DNA from: Deltaproteobacteria bacterium
GTDB taxonomy: Bacteria > Desulfobacterota > Desulfobacteria > Desulfobacterales > Desulfosarcinaceae
DNA length: 24,000 nucleotides
Reading direction: 5' to 3'
Assembly: GCA_021824175.1 (NCBI GenBank)
Contig: JAKALP010000002.1
Span: 26,005 to 50,004, forward strand
The notes beneath the pieces were generated by a model, which did not search any database, was not told where the DNA came from, and was given only the letters and a program-made list of their open reading frames with translations. The position numbers and the translations under genes are program-made. Position 1 is the stretch's first letter. Each line of letters opens with the position of its first letter. This document shows positions 1 through 8,714 of this stretch, piece by piece.

Positions 1-1022
1 GCAATCCCCATCTTTGGAGCCCCGGCATCAAATGGGATGTTCAGCCCGGTTCCTTTACCCATCGGACCGAACTGTTCGGCCCGGTATTGGGGGTGATGCG
101 GGCGCCTGATTTGGCCGCGGCCATCGCACTGGCCAACCAGACCGGCTATGGCTTGACCGCGGGCCTGGAAAGCCTGGACCCCCGCGAGACTGAGCAGTGG
201 CGGCAAACGATGCGGGCCGGCAATTTGTACATCAACCGCGGCACCACGGGCGCCATTGTCCTGCGCCAGCCCTTTGGGGGCTGGGGCAAATCGGCCGTCG
301 GGCCGGCCATCAAGGCGGGCGGTCCCAACTACGTGAGCCAATTTGTGACTGTAACGGAAACCGCGCCACCGCCCCAGGGCCCCATTCGGGCCGCCCACCC
401 CATGCTGGAGCTGGCCCAACGCTGGGAAGCCAAAGGCCGCTGGGGGCAAATGGGAGTTCTAGGCGACGACGCGAAGAAGATCATCCACGCCATCCACAGC
501 TACCTGCATGAGGCCCAAGGCTACTTTGAGGTTCCCCAGGACCCGTTTCATCTGCGCGGCGAGGATAACCATCTGCGCCATCGGCCACTGGGCCGGATGG
601 CGATCTGTGTGCATTCCCAGGACAGCCTGTTTGAAACCGTGGCTCGCGTGGCGGCGGCGCGCATTGCCGGCTGCACGGTGATCCTCAGCGTGCCGACCGA
701 ATTGAATAACCCAGTGACGGACTTTATCATCGGCCGGGAAGGGCGCTTGTTGACCCAACAGGCGCAAGTCGCCCGCCAGAACGATGCGGAGGTGGCGTCC
801 ATGATGGCTGAAGTGGACCGTGCCCGCTATGCGGCTCCGGAGCGAGTGCCGTCCATAGTTTACCAAGCCGCCGCCGAAGCCGGCATCCATATCGCCAGAG
901 CGCCGGTGCTTATGGACGGGCGCCTGGAGCTGCTGCACTACTACCTCAATCAGACCATCTCCCATGCTTATCATCGGGCCGGGAACCAGGGTGAGCGCGG
1001 CCTGGGGCGCTTGGAACTGTAA
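1..1022 (+). CDS. putA: PutA-type aldehyde dehydrogenase (L-glutamate-gamma-semialdehyde/P5C dehydrogenase), C-terminal part; 5' end outside window
   Basis: Frame 3 is open from base 3 (NPHLWSPGIKWDVQPGSFTHRTELFGPVLGVMRA...), so ORF 87..1022 is only the tail of a longer CDS. It has the ALDH motif ELFGPVLGV followed by YINRGTTGAIVLRQPFGGWGKSAVGPAIKAGGPNY, the pattern I know from PutA/P5CDH enzymes, then a ~220-aa C-terminal extension. Stop TAA at 1020-1022. Confidence 0.8.
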   Translation, partial: NPHLWSPGIKWDVQPGSFTHRTELFGPVLGVMRAPDLAAAIALANQTGYGLTAGLESLDPRETEQWRQTMRAGNLYINRGTTGAIVLRQPFGGWGKSAVGPAIKAGGPNYVSQFVTVTETAPPPQGPIRAAHPMLELAQRWEAKGRWGQMGVLGDDAKKIIHAIHSYLHEAQGYFEVPQDPFHLRGEDNHLRHRPLGRMAICVHSQDSLFETVARVAAARIAGCTVILSVPTELNNPVTDFIIGREGRLLTQQAQVARQNDAEVASMMAEVDRARYAAPERVPSIVYQAAAEAGIHIARAPVLMDGRLELLHYYLNQTISHAYHRAGNQGERGLGRLEL

Positions 1023-1157
1023 AGCGGCCATCGCAATGCCTTTGAAACTGGACGCATCGAATTGCTGCCTTACCTTTAGCCACGCAATACCCATCGATCG
1101 GTAATCATGGCGACCATGCCCAGTAACTCAGGCCCAGGGTCGCCGGAGGAGGAAGAT

Positions 1158-1679
1158 ATGAACACCAAGGCTTTGATCATTGTCGACATGCTCAATGATT
1201 TTATCCGGCCCCAGGGGGCCCTTTATTGTGGTGAAAGCGCCCAGGCCATCGTGCCTTTTATCCGCGACCGGTTGACCGCGGCCCGCCAGGCCGGGGAGGT
1301 GGTGATCTATTTGCAGGATGCCCACGCTCCCGATGATGAGGAGTTTAAACGTTTTCCACCCCATTGCGTGGCCGGCACCTGGGGCAGCCAGATCATTGAC
1401 GAGCTGGCGCCGCGCCCCGGCGAGCCGGTGCTTCCCAAATCCCGCTACAGCGGATTTTTCGGCACTAACCTGGACAAGATTCTTGCCGAGATAAACCCTC
1501 AGGAAGTGGAGGTGGTAGGGGTGTGCACCTCCATTTGCGTCATGGACACCGTGGGCGGATTGGCCAACCGCAATTACCGCGTGCGCGTGCCCCAACAAGG
1601 GGTGGCCGATTTTGACGACGCCTTTCACCGCTTTGCTTTGCAGCGCATGCAACGGCTCTACGGAGCCACCATCGCATGA
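1158..1679 (+). CDS. pncA: Isochorismatase-family hydrolase, most likely nicotinamidase
   Basis: Motifs ALIIVDMLNDF, KSRYSGFFGTNLD and GVCTSICV (catalytic Cys). GGAGGAGG lies 6 nt upstream of ATG 1158, whereas ATG 1107 has no SD. The stop overlaps the pncB start (ATGA at 1676-1679). Confidence 0.85.
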   Translation: MNTKALIIVDMLNDFIRPQGALYCGESAQAIVPFIRDRLTAARQAGEVVIYLQDAHAPDDEEFKRFPPHCVAGTWGSQIIDELAPRPGEPVLPKSRYSGFFGTNLDKILAEINPQEVEVVGVCTSICVMDTVGGLANRNYRVRVPQQGVADFDDAFHRFALQRMQRLYGATIA

Positions 1680-2992
1680 CGCCCATCAGCCCGTTGTTGA
1701 CCGACCTTTATGAACTGACCATGGCCGCCGCCTACTTCAAGCAGGGCATCGAAGCGCCGGCCACCTTTTCGCTTTACACGCGCCGCCACCCGCTGCGGGG
1801 CTATTTTGTGGCTGCCGGTTTGGAAGCAATTCTGGCATTTGTCGAAGATTTGCGTTTTGGAACAGAAGATATCGACTATCTGCGGAACACGGGCCTTTTT
1901 GAAGAAGCATTTCTATCCTATCTCTCCGCGTTGCGTTTTGAAGGCGATATCTGGGCCCTGCCCGAAGGCACGATCTTTTTTGCCGATGAGCCCATCCTGG
2001 AAGTCACGGCCCCCATCATCCAGAGTCAGATCCTGGAAACTATTCTGATCAACGCCGTCGGCCTGGCCACCCTGATCGCCACCAAGGCGGCCCGCTGCGT
2101 GCACGCGGCCCAGGGCCGGAGTTTGATCGACTTCTCCCTGCGCCGCACCCAGGGCGCCGATGCCGGCCTGACCGTGGCGCGCAGCAGCTATCTGGCCGGA
2201 TTTGACGCCACCAGCAATGTGCTGGCCGGCAAGCAATACGGCATCCCCATCGCCGGCACCATGGCCCATTCGTTTGTCATGGCCTTTGAGCGCGAGATCG
2301 ATGCCTTTCGGGCCTATGCGCGCCTCTTTCCCCAACGCACCCTTTTACTTGTCGACACTTACGATACGCTGGTCGGGGCGCGCAACGCCGCGCAGGTGGC
2401 CCAAGAAATGAGAATCCAAGGCCATCCGCTTGTCGGCGTGCGCCTGGACAGCGGCGATCTGAACGCGCTCAGCCGCCAGGTGCGCGCCATTCTGGATCAG
2501 GCCGATTGTAAAGAAGTAAAGATCTTTGCCAGCGGCGGCCTGGACGAATACACCCTCGACCAATTGCTTCGCCAGAACGCGCCCATCGATGCCTTTGGCG
2601 TGGGCACCAGCATGGGGGTCTCGGCCGATGCGCCCTATCTGGACATGGTTTATAAGATGGTGCAATTCAACGGCCAGCCGGTACGCAAACGCTCCTTCGG
2701 CAAAGCCACCCTGGCCGGCGAGAAGCAAATCTTCCGTTGCGCTTCCCGGGAAGGTGAATATGTAGAAGATGTGATCGCCTTGCGAAGTGAAACCATGCCA
2801 GAAGGCTATCCGTTGCTGCAACCGGTCATGCGCGCCGGCCATCGCCTGCATCCGCCTGCCGATTTGGTCGAGTTGCGCAGCTTGTTTCAGCAGAACTTCA
2901 AACTACTGGCCCAAGCATACAAGGGATTGACCAATCCGCCGCGCTACCCCGTAGGGCTCAGTCGGCAATTGATGGAGATGCAGGATTATTAA
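1676..2992 (+). CDS. pncB: Nicotinate phosphoribosyltransferase
   Basis: 438 aa with N-terminus LLTDLYELTMAAAYF, GTMAHSFVMAF and LLVDTYDT motifs typical of NAPRTase. Translationally coupled to pncA. Confidence 0.9.
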   Translation: MTPISPLLTDLYELTMAAAYFKQGIEAPATFSLYTRRHPLRGYFVAAGLEAILAFVEDLRFGTEDIDYLRNTGLFEEAFLSYLSALRFEGDIWALPEGTIFFADEPILEVTAPIIQSQILETILINAVGLATLIATKAARCVHAAQGRSLIDFSLRRTQGADAGLTVARSSYLAGFDATSNVLAGKQYGIPIAGTMAHSFVMAFEREIDAFRAYARLFPQRTLLLVDTYDTLVGARNAAQVAQEMRIQGHPLVGVRLDSGDLNALSRQVRAILDQADCKEVKIFASGGLDEYTLDQLLRQNAPIDAFGVGTSMGVSADAPYLDMVYKMVQFNGQPVRKRSFGKATLAGEKQIFRCASREGEYVEDVIALRSETMPEGYPLLQPVMRAGHRLHPPADLVELRSLFQQNFKLLAQAYKGLTNPPRYPVGLSRQLMEMQDY

Positions 2993-3136
2993 GAAATGCT
3001 TCGAAGGGCTTCCAGATCCTTTCTTGGCGCGCCCTGAAATAATATACAAACGGAATTACTGTTTTCGACAGCGGACCTGGAGTCAGTTGGTTTTGCAAAA
3101 AAGCTTTATTCGTGATGTCTTGTAGCCGTGCGTGAA

Positions 3137-3556
3137 TTATCGATGCCAGTTTTGCACTTTTAACTCAGAAAAAGAAGTGAAATCGGATGTGTTGCGGGTT
3201 ACCAGAATAAGCGCATTGACATGGGCGATGGCAGCTATCTGTCCATCGACAAAGGATGGTGTTTTGCCCGCATTCGACAGCCGCGCTCGCTCGGCCGCAT
3301 GCCAACTGGCGGCCGTTTCATCGTAAGGTAAGATCGAGATGCCTGCTTTGACTACATTGGAGAGAAAGAAGTGCAACATTTCTCGTTTTTTTGAAACCGG
3401 CAGCCGCCAACATCCGAATTGCAGCTCATGCCAGACCGGAGCCGCGGTGGCGATTTCATGCTGATGCTGTTGAAGCATTTTGAGAAGATATTTGTTGGGG
3501 CGGGTTTTTAGCGGTTCCGAAATCACGTTGGTATCCAGCAGGTATCGTATGCTCAA
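3137..3556 (-). CDS. vapC: PIN-domain toxin (VapC/FitB-like ribonuclease)
   Basis: 139 aa with YLLDTNVISE (first PIN acidic residue) and ILVTRNTSDF near the C-terminus. The TTG start sits in a TTGA overlap with the antitoxin stop, and GGGAGG SD lies upstream. Confidence 0.85.
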   Translation of the reverse strand: MSIRYLLDTNVISEPLKTRPNKYLLKMLQQHQHEIATAAPVWHELQFGCWRLPVSKKREMLHFFLSNVVKAGISILPYDETAASWHAAERARLSNAGKTPSFVDGQIAAIAHVNALILVTRNTSDFTSFSELKVQNWHR

Positions 3557-3831
3557 AAATCCACCTCCCGTCCTGATGATGAATCCCGAATCCCAGAAAA
3601 ATCGGCTTCATTATATTCCACTCCCGAAGACCCCATGTATTCGCGGAACTCCGTCAACAAATCCCAAAAATTATGTTTATTGGTTTTGAGCGCCTGGTAT
3701 TCTTGAATGGCCATTAATACCGCAACCGGCTTGCCATGTCGGGTCAAACTGACCGGCAAACCGGCTTCGGCCTCATGAATCAGTGTGGTGAGCTTGTTTT
3801 TAGCCTCCGCGATCGAGTATTGCTTTTTCAA
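3553..3831 (-). CDS. Phd/YefM-family antitoxin partner of VapC
   Basis: KKQYSIAEAKNKLTTLIHEAEAGLPVSLTRHGKPVAVLMAIQEY is a typical Phd/YefM N-terminus. I place the start at TTG 3831, with GGAGGG (rc of 3838-3843) upstream. The predicted promoter would leave ATG 3858 without a leader. The longest ORF extends to 3858. Confidence 0.8.
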   Translation of the reverse strand: MKKQYSIAEAKNKLTTLIHEAEAGLPVSLTRHGKPVAVLMAIQEYQALKTNKHNFWDLLTEFREYMGSSGVEYNEADFSGIRDSSSGREVDF

Positions 3832-3861
3832 AACAATCCCTCCTGTTTGAGAAGTCATATC

Positions 3862-3896
3862 ATGGTCAATATAGCCATATTTATGACCATAATCAA
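3862..3896 (-). promoter_or_regulatory. Predicted sigma70-type promoter with overlapping palindromic operator of the TA operon
   Basis: Minus strand: TTGATT (3896-3891), 17 nt, TATATT (3873-3868). The 7-bp inverted repeat ATGGTCA/TGACCAT (3862-3868 / 3884-3890) overlaps the spacer and -10, the usual layout for TA autoregulation. Confidence 0.5.
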
Positions 3897-3950
3897 GCGG
3901 GTGTTGTGGCAGACAAAAAAGGGCGGCGAATCAATCTCTACCCTACGATC

Positions 3951-3991
3951 TAAAACGCCTTGGCCAGGGCGATGGTACATCCCCGGCCAAG
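3951..3991 (-). terminator. Probable hsp20 terminator
   Basis: Arms 3959-3969 (CTTGGCCAGGG) and 3981-3991 (CCCCGGCCAAG) match 10/11. On the minus-strand RNA the hairpin is followed by GCGUUUUAG. It lies ~50 nt after the hsp20 stop. Confidence 0.45.
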
Positions 3992-4043
3992 TCTTGGTGC
4001 CCGTTTCAGATCAGGGGCAGTTCAGATGTTGAATGCTTGCGCA

Positions 4044-4487
4044 TTAGTGGACTGTAATCTGTTTGGGCTTTTTGACCTCGGGCTTTGGTACTTCTACTTT
4101 CAGCACGCCGTCCTTGTACTCCGCTTTAATGGCGTCGGCATTGACTTCTTCCGGCAGGGTGAAGGAGCGTTCGAAGCGGCCGTAGGTGCGTTCACGCCGG
4201 TAGTAATTGTCTTCCTTGACTTCGTTTTCACTCTTGCGTTCGCCTTTGAGGGTCAGGATGCGGCCCTCCACATCCACCGTGATTTGATCTTTGTCCACGC
4301 CTGGCAATTCAGCTTTCAGTACAATGGCATCGTCGTTTTCATATACATCCACGGCCGGATTCCAGGACCACAAGCCATCCTGGCCCCCATCGGTCCGTGT
4401 TGGGAAGAAGAAGCTGTCAAAAAGGGTGTCAAAGCGGCTGGGCAGGCCAAATAAGCTTTTTGCCGGGTTCCATCTCATGAGTTCCAT
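4044..4487 (-). CDS. Hsp20/alpha-crystallin family small heat-shock protein
   Basis: 147 aa with alpha-crystallin core AVDVYENDDAIVLKAELPGVDKDQITVDVEGRILTLKGERK...YGRFERSFTLPEEV...AEYKDGVLKVEVPK. AAGGAGG lies 7 nt upstream of the ATG. Confidence 0.9.
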   Translation of the reverse strand: MELMRWNPAKSLFGLPSRFDTLFDSFFFPTRTDGGQDGLWSWNPAVDVYENDDAIVLKAELPGVDKDQITVDVEGRILTLKGERKSENEVKEDNYYRRERTYGRFERSFTLPEEVNADAIKAEYKDGVLKVEVPKPEVKKPKQITVH

Positions 4488-4550
4488 AATCTTGCCTCCT
4501 TAAACCTTGCTGTTATGTTGCGGTCTTGTTTAATTTCCCGTTTGGCAGGT

Positions 4551-4578
4551 AAGATAGGCATAATAGATTTTATGTCAA
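4551..4578 (-). promoter_or_regulatory. Candidate hsp20 promoter
   Basis: Minus strand: TTGACA (4578-4573), 16 nt, TATCTT (4556-4551), in an AT-rich spacer ~60 nt upstream of the hsp20 ATG. Confidence 0.4.
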
Positions 4579-4630
4579 TATAATTAGATTACTTTTTTTA
4601 AATTTCTATAAAAGTAATGCATCGCTTCAA

Positions 4631-4680
4631 ATCAATAAAAATGGCAGATGACCACGCCGCCAGGGCGATCATCTGCCATT
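4631..4680 (-). terminator. Rho-independent terminator of nfnAB
   Basis: Perfect 12-bp stem (4640-4651 AATGGCAGATGA / 4669-4680 TCATCTGCCATT) with a 17-nt loop. On the minus-strand RNA it is followed by UUUUAUUGAU. It lies 58 nt after the nfnB stop. Confidence 0.7.
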
Positions 4681-4737
4681 GAAACTCTTGGATCAGCGGC
4701 CGCCTCTCTTGAGTCGGCCGAATTAATTTTTAGGTGC

Positions 4738-6141
4738 TTACCATCCCCAGGTCAGATATTTGTGGATGGAGTTGGCCGCGGCCCGGCCCGCGCCCATGGC
4801 CAGGATGACGGTGGCCGCGCCGGTGACGATGTCGCCGCCGGCCCACACCCCGCGCTTGGAGGTTTTGCCGGTTTCCAGGTCCGCCTGGATGTAGCCCCAT
4901 TTATTGAGCTTCAGGTCGGGAGTGGATTGGGTCAGCAACGGGTTGGCGCCCGAACCCACGGCCACCACCACCAGATCGCATTGAATTTCGAATTCCGAGC
5001 CTTTGATGGGAATGGGGCGGCGGCGGCCCGAGGCGTCCGGCTCACCCAGCTCCATCTTCAGGCACTCCATGCCGGTCAAGCGTCCGCTCTGATCGCCGAG
5101 ATAGCGCGTGGGGGCGGTCAGCAACATGAATTCGATGCCTTCTTCTCCGGCATGGTGGATTTCAGCAGCCCTGGCCGGCATCTCGTCACGTGAGCGGCGA
5201 TAGACGATGCGCACGCTGTCCGCGCCCAGGCGCATGGCTGTGCGGGCCGAGTCCATGGCCACGTTGCCGGCGCCCAATACCACCACGTTTTTGCCCAGGG
5301 GAATGGGGGTGTCCACCTCAGGGAACTTATAGGCCTTCATCAAATTGGCGCGGGTCAGATATTCATTGGCCGAGAGAATGCCGATCAGGTTTTCGCCCGG
5401 AATGTTCATAAAGCTGGGCAAGCCCGCGCCCACGCCGAGATAGATGGCGTCATAGCCCTGCTCGAAAAGTTCGTCCAGGCTGACGGTGCGGCCCACCACG
5501 GCATTGCACTCCACCTTGACCCCCAGCCGTTCCAGGAAATTGACCTCCTGGGCCACGATGGCCTTGGGCAGACGGAACTCGGGAATGCCGTAGACCAGCA
5601 CGCCGCCGGGTTTATGGAAGGCCTCCATGATGGTGACGCTGTGGCCCTTCTGGATCAAGTCGCCGGCCACGGTCAGGCCCGAGGGGCCGGAGCCCACCAC
5701 GGCGATGCGCTTGCCCGTGGACGCGGCCTTGGGCGGCAGGGCGCCAGTGCCGTGCTCGCGCTCGTAGTCGGCGCAGAAGCGCTCCAGGTTGCCAATGGCC
5801 ACCGCCGCGCCTTTTTTATTAAGGATGCACTTGCCTTCGCACTGGATCTCCTGGGGACAAACTCGTCCGCACACCGCGGGCAGGGCGTTCATGGACCAGA
5901 TGTGGCGAATAGCCGCGGTAAAATCACCTTTGTTGACCAGATTGATAAATCCGGGGATATCGACGCTCACCGGGCAGCCTTCCACGCAGCCGGGTTTTTT
6001 GCACTGTACGCAGCGGGCCGCTTCTTCCTGGGCCATGGCCGGGGTGTAACCGGTGGGCACTTCCTGGAAATTGCGTCTACGGACCTGGGGGTCCTGTTCG
6101 GGCATCGGCACGCGGCCCGTTTTCTCTTTCTTTTCCGACAT
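4738..6141 (-). CDS. nfnB: NfnB / SudA / GltD-like NADPH-dependent oxidoreductase large subunit
   Basis: 467 aa with Cys clusters CVQCKKPGCVEGCP and CGRVCPQEIQCEGKC and two dinucleotide motifs (VVGSGPSGL, VLGAGNVAMD). GGAGGA SD present. Paired with the nfnA-type gene directly upstream. Confidence 0.85.
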   Translation of the reverse strand: MSEKKEKTGRVPMPEQDPQVRRRNFQEVPTGYTPAMAQEEAARCVQCKKPGCVEGCPVSVDIPGFINLVNKGDFTAAIRHIWSMNALPAVCGRVCPQEIQCEGKCILNKKGAAVAIGNLERFCADYEREHGTGALPPKAASTGKRIAVVGSGPSGLTVAGDLIQKGHSVTIMEAFHKPGGVLVYGIPEFRLPKAIVAQEVNFLERLGVKVECNAVVGRTVSLDELFEQGYDAIYLGVGAGLPSFMNIPGENLIGILSANEYLTRANLMKAYKFPEVDTPIPLGKNVVVLGAGNVAMDSARTAMRLGADSVRIVYRRSRDEMPARAAEIHHAGEEGIEFMLLTAPTRYLGDQSGRLTGMECLKMELGEPDASGRRRPIPIKGSEFEIQCDLVVVAVGSGANPLLTQSTPDLKLNKWGYIQADLETGKTSKRGVWAGGDIVTGAATVILAMGAGRAAANSIHKYLTWGW

Positions 6142-6247
6142 GACAATTCCTCCTCTGGAGAGAACCGATAGAGCTCTTTATTTTGCAGCCGTAGCTATCA
6201 AATTACGGCCTCTTTTTTAACATGTGGTGGAATTGCTTCCACCTTTT

Positions 6248-7078
6248 CTACTGCCCCAACCGGCAATATCCTTCGTAGCAATTCTTCTCTTCGGCGCAGT
6301 AGGCCTTCAGGCGCAGGTTCAGCTCGTCGAAGTTCACCTGATGGCCGTCGAATTCCGGGCCATCCACGCAGGCGAACTTGGTTTTGCCGCCCACGGTTAC
6401 CCGGCAGCCGCCGCACATGCCCGTGCCATCAATCATGATGGGATTGAGGCTGACCAGGGTGGGCACATTGGCGGCTTTGGTGATGGTAGTGACCGCTTTC
6501 ATCATGGGCACCGGCCCGATGGCCACAGCTTGTTGAACAGGACCTTGGGCCAAGACTTGTTTGACCACATCGGTCACAAAACCGTGATGGCCGTAGGAGC
6601 CGTCATCGGTGCACACGCGCAGATCATGGGAGGCGGCTTTCATCTGTTCCTCCAGAATCAACAGCTCCTTGTTGCGGGCGCCGATGATGCAGGTCACATG
6701 GTTGCCGGCCTCTTTCATGGCCCGGGTGATGGGGTGCAACACGGCCACACCAGTGCCGCCGCCCACGCAGAGCACATGGCCCACCTTTTCAACGTGCGTA
6801 GGCCGGCCCAGGGGGCCGATCACATCCTGATACCCATCGCCTACTTTCAGATCCCGGAACAGGGCCGTGGATTTGCCCACCACCATATAGATCACGGTGA
6901 TGGTGCCTTTCTGAGAATCGCTCTCCGCCATGGTCAAGGGAATGCGCTCGCCCTCTTCATTGGCTTTGAGAATGACGAACTGTCCCGGCTTGGCTTTGCG
7001 GGCAATCAGCGGGGCTTCAATTTCATTGAGAATAACGGTACCTTTGGCCATTTCCTGGCGCCGAACGATTTTAAACAT
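6248..7078 (-). CDS. nfnA: NfnA / SudB (PyrK-like FAD/[2Fe-2S] ferredoxin-NADP reductase-type small subunit)
   Basis: 276 aa with FNR-like fold motifs (RIPLTMA, LCVGGGTGVAVL) and C-terminal MCGGCRVTVGGKTKFACVDGPEF [2Fe-2S] motif. GGAGGG SD present. Confidence 0.85.
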   Translation of the reverse strand: MFKIVRRQEMAKGTVILNEIEAPLIARKAKPGQFVILKANEEGERIPLTMAESDSQKGTITVIYMVVGKSTALFRDLKVGDGYQDVIGPLGRPTHVEKVGHVLCVGGGTGVAVLHPITRAMKEAGNHVTCIIGARNKELLILEEQMKAASHDLRVCTDDGSYGHHGFVTDVVKQVLAQGPVQQAVAIGPVPMMKAVTTITKAANVPTLVSLNPIMIDGTGMCGGCRVTVGGKTKFACVDGPEFDGHQVNFDELNLRLKAYCAEEKNCYEGYCRLGQ

Positions 7079-7244
7079 AGTCCCTCCTCAGACAATCAAC
7101 TTTTGATCATAAGTTGGTAAACATATCGTGTTGGCGAAAAGATTTAAAGAGCCTCTTTGAGTTTATTTTCAGGATCGTGTACAAGTCGCGGTTGCGATAG
7201 GTGTCACTTCAAAACTTGATATTTGGAGGCCGTTTGCGGACCTG

Positions 7245-8024
7245 ATGAAGATTTTTGACAGCCATTGCCATTTGGACGACCGCTCCTACGATAAAGATCT
7301 AAACCAGGTGATTCAACGCGCCCGCGCAGCCGAAGTGCGCGCCATGATGGCCGTGGGCATCGACTTGCCCACCTCCAAGAAGGCCATTGCCATTGCGCAG
7401 GCCCATGAGGGCATTTATGCCACCGTGGGCATGCATCCCCATGATGCCCAACACTGCGATGAAAAAACCATCGCCGCTTTGCGCGCCCTGGCGGCCGATT
7501 CCAAAGTCAAAGCCTGGGGCGAAACCGGGCTGGACTTCAACCGCATGTACTCCCCCCAGGCCGACCAGGAGCGCTGGTTTGCCCGTCAGTTGGAAACGGC
7601 CGCAGAATTGAATCTGCCCATGATCTTCCATGAGCGCGAGAGCAACGGCCGCTTTCTGGAAATTCTCAAATCCCACTGGCACGAGGACCGTAAAGGTGTC
7701 GTGCACTGCTTCTCCGGCAACGACAAGGAGCTGGATCAATATCTTCAAATGGGGCTTTACATCGGCATCACCGGCATTCTCACCATCCAATCCAGGGGCC
7801 AGGCCCTGCGCGAAATGGCGCGTTGCATCCCCGCCGACCGCCTGCTGGTGGAAACCGATGCTCCCTATCTGACTCCCACCCCGGAGCGCAACAAGTATAA
7901 GCGCAACGAGCCCGCCTTTGTGCGCACTGTTCTTCTCAAACTGGCGGAGATCCGCAACGAGGCCCCGGAAACCGTGGCCGCCGCCACCTGGGCCAATACT
8001 TGCCGATTGTTCCATCTGGGATGA
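7245..8024 (+). CDS. tatD: TatD-family metal-dependent hydrolase/DNase
   Basis: 259 aa. N-terminal FDSHCHLD, GMHPHD, MIFHERES, VVHCFSG and LLVETDAPYL are the conserved TatD/YcfH metal-ligand motifs. Confidence 0.9.
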   Translation: MKIFDSHCHLDDRSYDKDLNQVIQRARAAEVRAMMAVGIDLPTSKKAIAIAQAHEGIYATVGMHPHDAQHCDEKTIAALRALAADSKVKAWGETGLDFNRMYSPQADQERWFARQLETAAELNLPMIFHERESNGRFLEILKSHWHEDRKGVVHCFSGNDKELDQYLQMGLYIGITGILTIQSRGQALREMARCIPADRLLVETDAPYLTPTPERNKYKRNEPAFVRTVLLKLAEIRNEAPETVAAATWANTCRLFHLG

Positions 8025-8110
8025 TGGACTTGGCGCTCACGCCCGATGGGCGTATACAAAAAATATCAATGCCAAGCCAGCAAAAGGCAAGTACTTATCA
8101 TGGGCCGAAT

Positions 8111-8281
8111 CTAAGATGTGGGAGATGAAGAAGACATTGAAGTAATCAGCTCCAGGGCTTCGGTGGCGCGGGTGGTTGAAAAGACCGTATATCCGATGGA
8201 TGCAGTCGTTTCTGGATAGCCGCCTTCGCGGGAATGACGTCCTAGCGGACTTCTTACGGGCTCGTCGAGGTATTTAGCCAT
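8111..8281 (-). pseudogene. Possible remnant of a response-regulator receiver domain
   Basis: Minus-strand 56-codon ORF MAKYLDEPVRSPLGRHSREGGYPETTASIGYTVFSTTRATEALELITS.... The MAK.L.DEP.vR..L and GYTV....ATEALELI segments resemble the beta1/alpha1/beta2/alpha2 region of receivers, but an unrelated segment interrupts them and the frame is lost after ALELI. No SD. Confidence 0.25.
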
Positions 8282-8369
8282 CAAGGCCTATCCGAGCATG
8301 GAGGCCTGACCAAAAGCATAACCGGTTGCGCCGCGTGAGGCGCGACCGTGCCCGATGCCGGGCCAGGGC

Positions 8370-8714
8370 TCACTCTTGCCGGACGATATCGACCGAAATC
8401 TCCACCGCTGGAATAGACCCTCTGTTTTCAAGCCAGTGCAGGGTCTTGCGATCCTCGGGCCAGCCCACTCCCGGCCCATAGTCCGTAGCGATGCCTTCGC
8501 GATGGTCAGTGATCGTTCCTTGCAGAATGTAGACCATGCCGGGTCGGTCTTTATGGTCGTGAATCGGGCCGAAGACGCCTCCGGGCTCCATGGTCACCAT
8601 GCGCATTCGAAGTTGGCGTCCTGCCATGCCTTTGATCTCAGGGCCAAGGTCCATTGTCGCGAGTAACTTCACCGTAACGCCTTTTGTTTCCGGTGCCGCC
8701 TTTTCTTTGCTCAT
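8370..8714 (-). CDS. Cupin-domain protein
   Basis: Cupin motif EPGGVFGPIHDHKDRPGMVYILQG and a second motif around TLHWLENRG. I prefer ATG 8714 (GAGGAG 7 nt upstream) over ORF start 8750. Confidence 0.8.
   Translation of the reverse strand: MSKEKAAPETKGVTVKLLATMDLGPEIKGMAGRQLRMRMVTMEPGGVFGPIHDHKDRPGMVYILQGTITDHREGIATDYGPGVGWPEDRKTLHWLENRGSIPAVEISVDIVRQE

Noticed and set aside
459-1094. 211-aa minus-strand ORF, and similar ones at 7299..8015, 13672..14205, 19051..19716, 21172..22017 and 22263..22916
   Set aside because: Each lies antisense to a gene with clear family motifs (putA, tatD, amidotransferase, ppiB, ADH, CoADR). None has an SD or a recognisable domain.
1107-1157. 17-codon N-terminal extension of pncA
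   Set aside because: ATG 1107 has no SD. A strong GGAGGAGG precedes ATG 1158, and isochorismatase-family proteins normally start just before the ALIIVDM strand.
4488-4560. RNA-thermometer pairing of AUCUUACCU with the hsp20 SD region (AGGCAAGAU)
   Set aside because: The upstream partner overlaps the predicted -10 hexamer and would largely lie outside the transcript if that promoter is used. It cannot be supported without a mapped TSS.
6224-7120. 298-aa + strand ORF
   Set aside because: It is entirely antisense to the well-supported nfnA gene, gives a His/Gly/Ala-rich low-complexity translation and has no SD. It is a typical shadow ORF of a GC-rich gene. The same reasoning applies to 4648..5193 and 5614..6171 (antisense to nfnB).
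8215-8245. TAGCCGCCTTCGCGGGAATGACGTC resembles short dispersed repeats seen in many bacteria (translated as ..AFAGMT..)
   Set aside because: It is single-copy in this window, so repeat status cannot be assessed here. It is noted only as the segment interrupting the receiver-like remnant.
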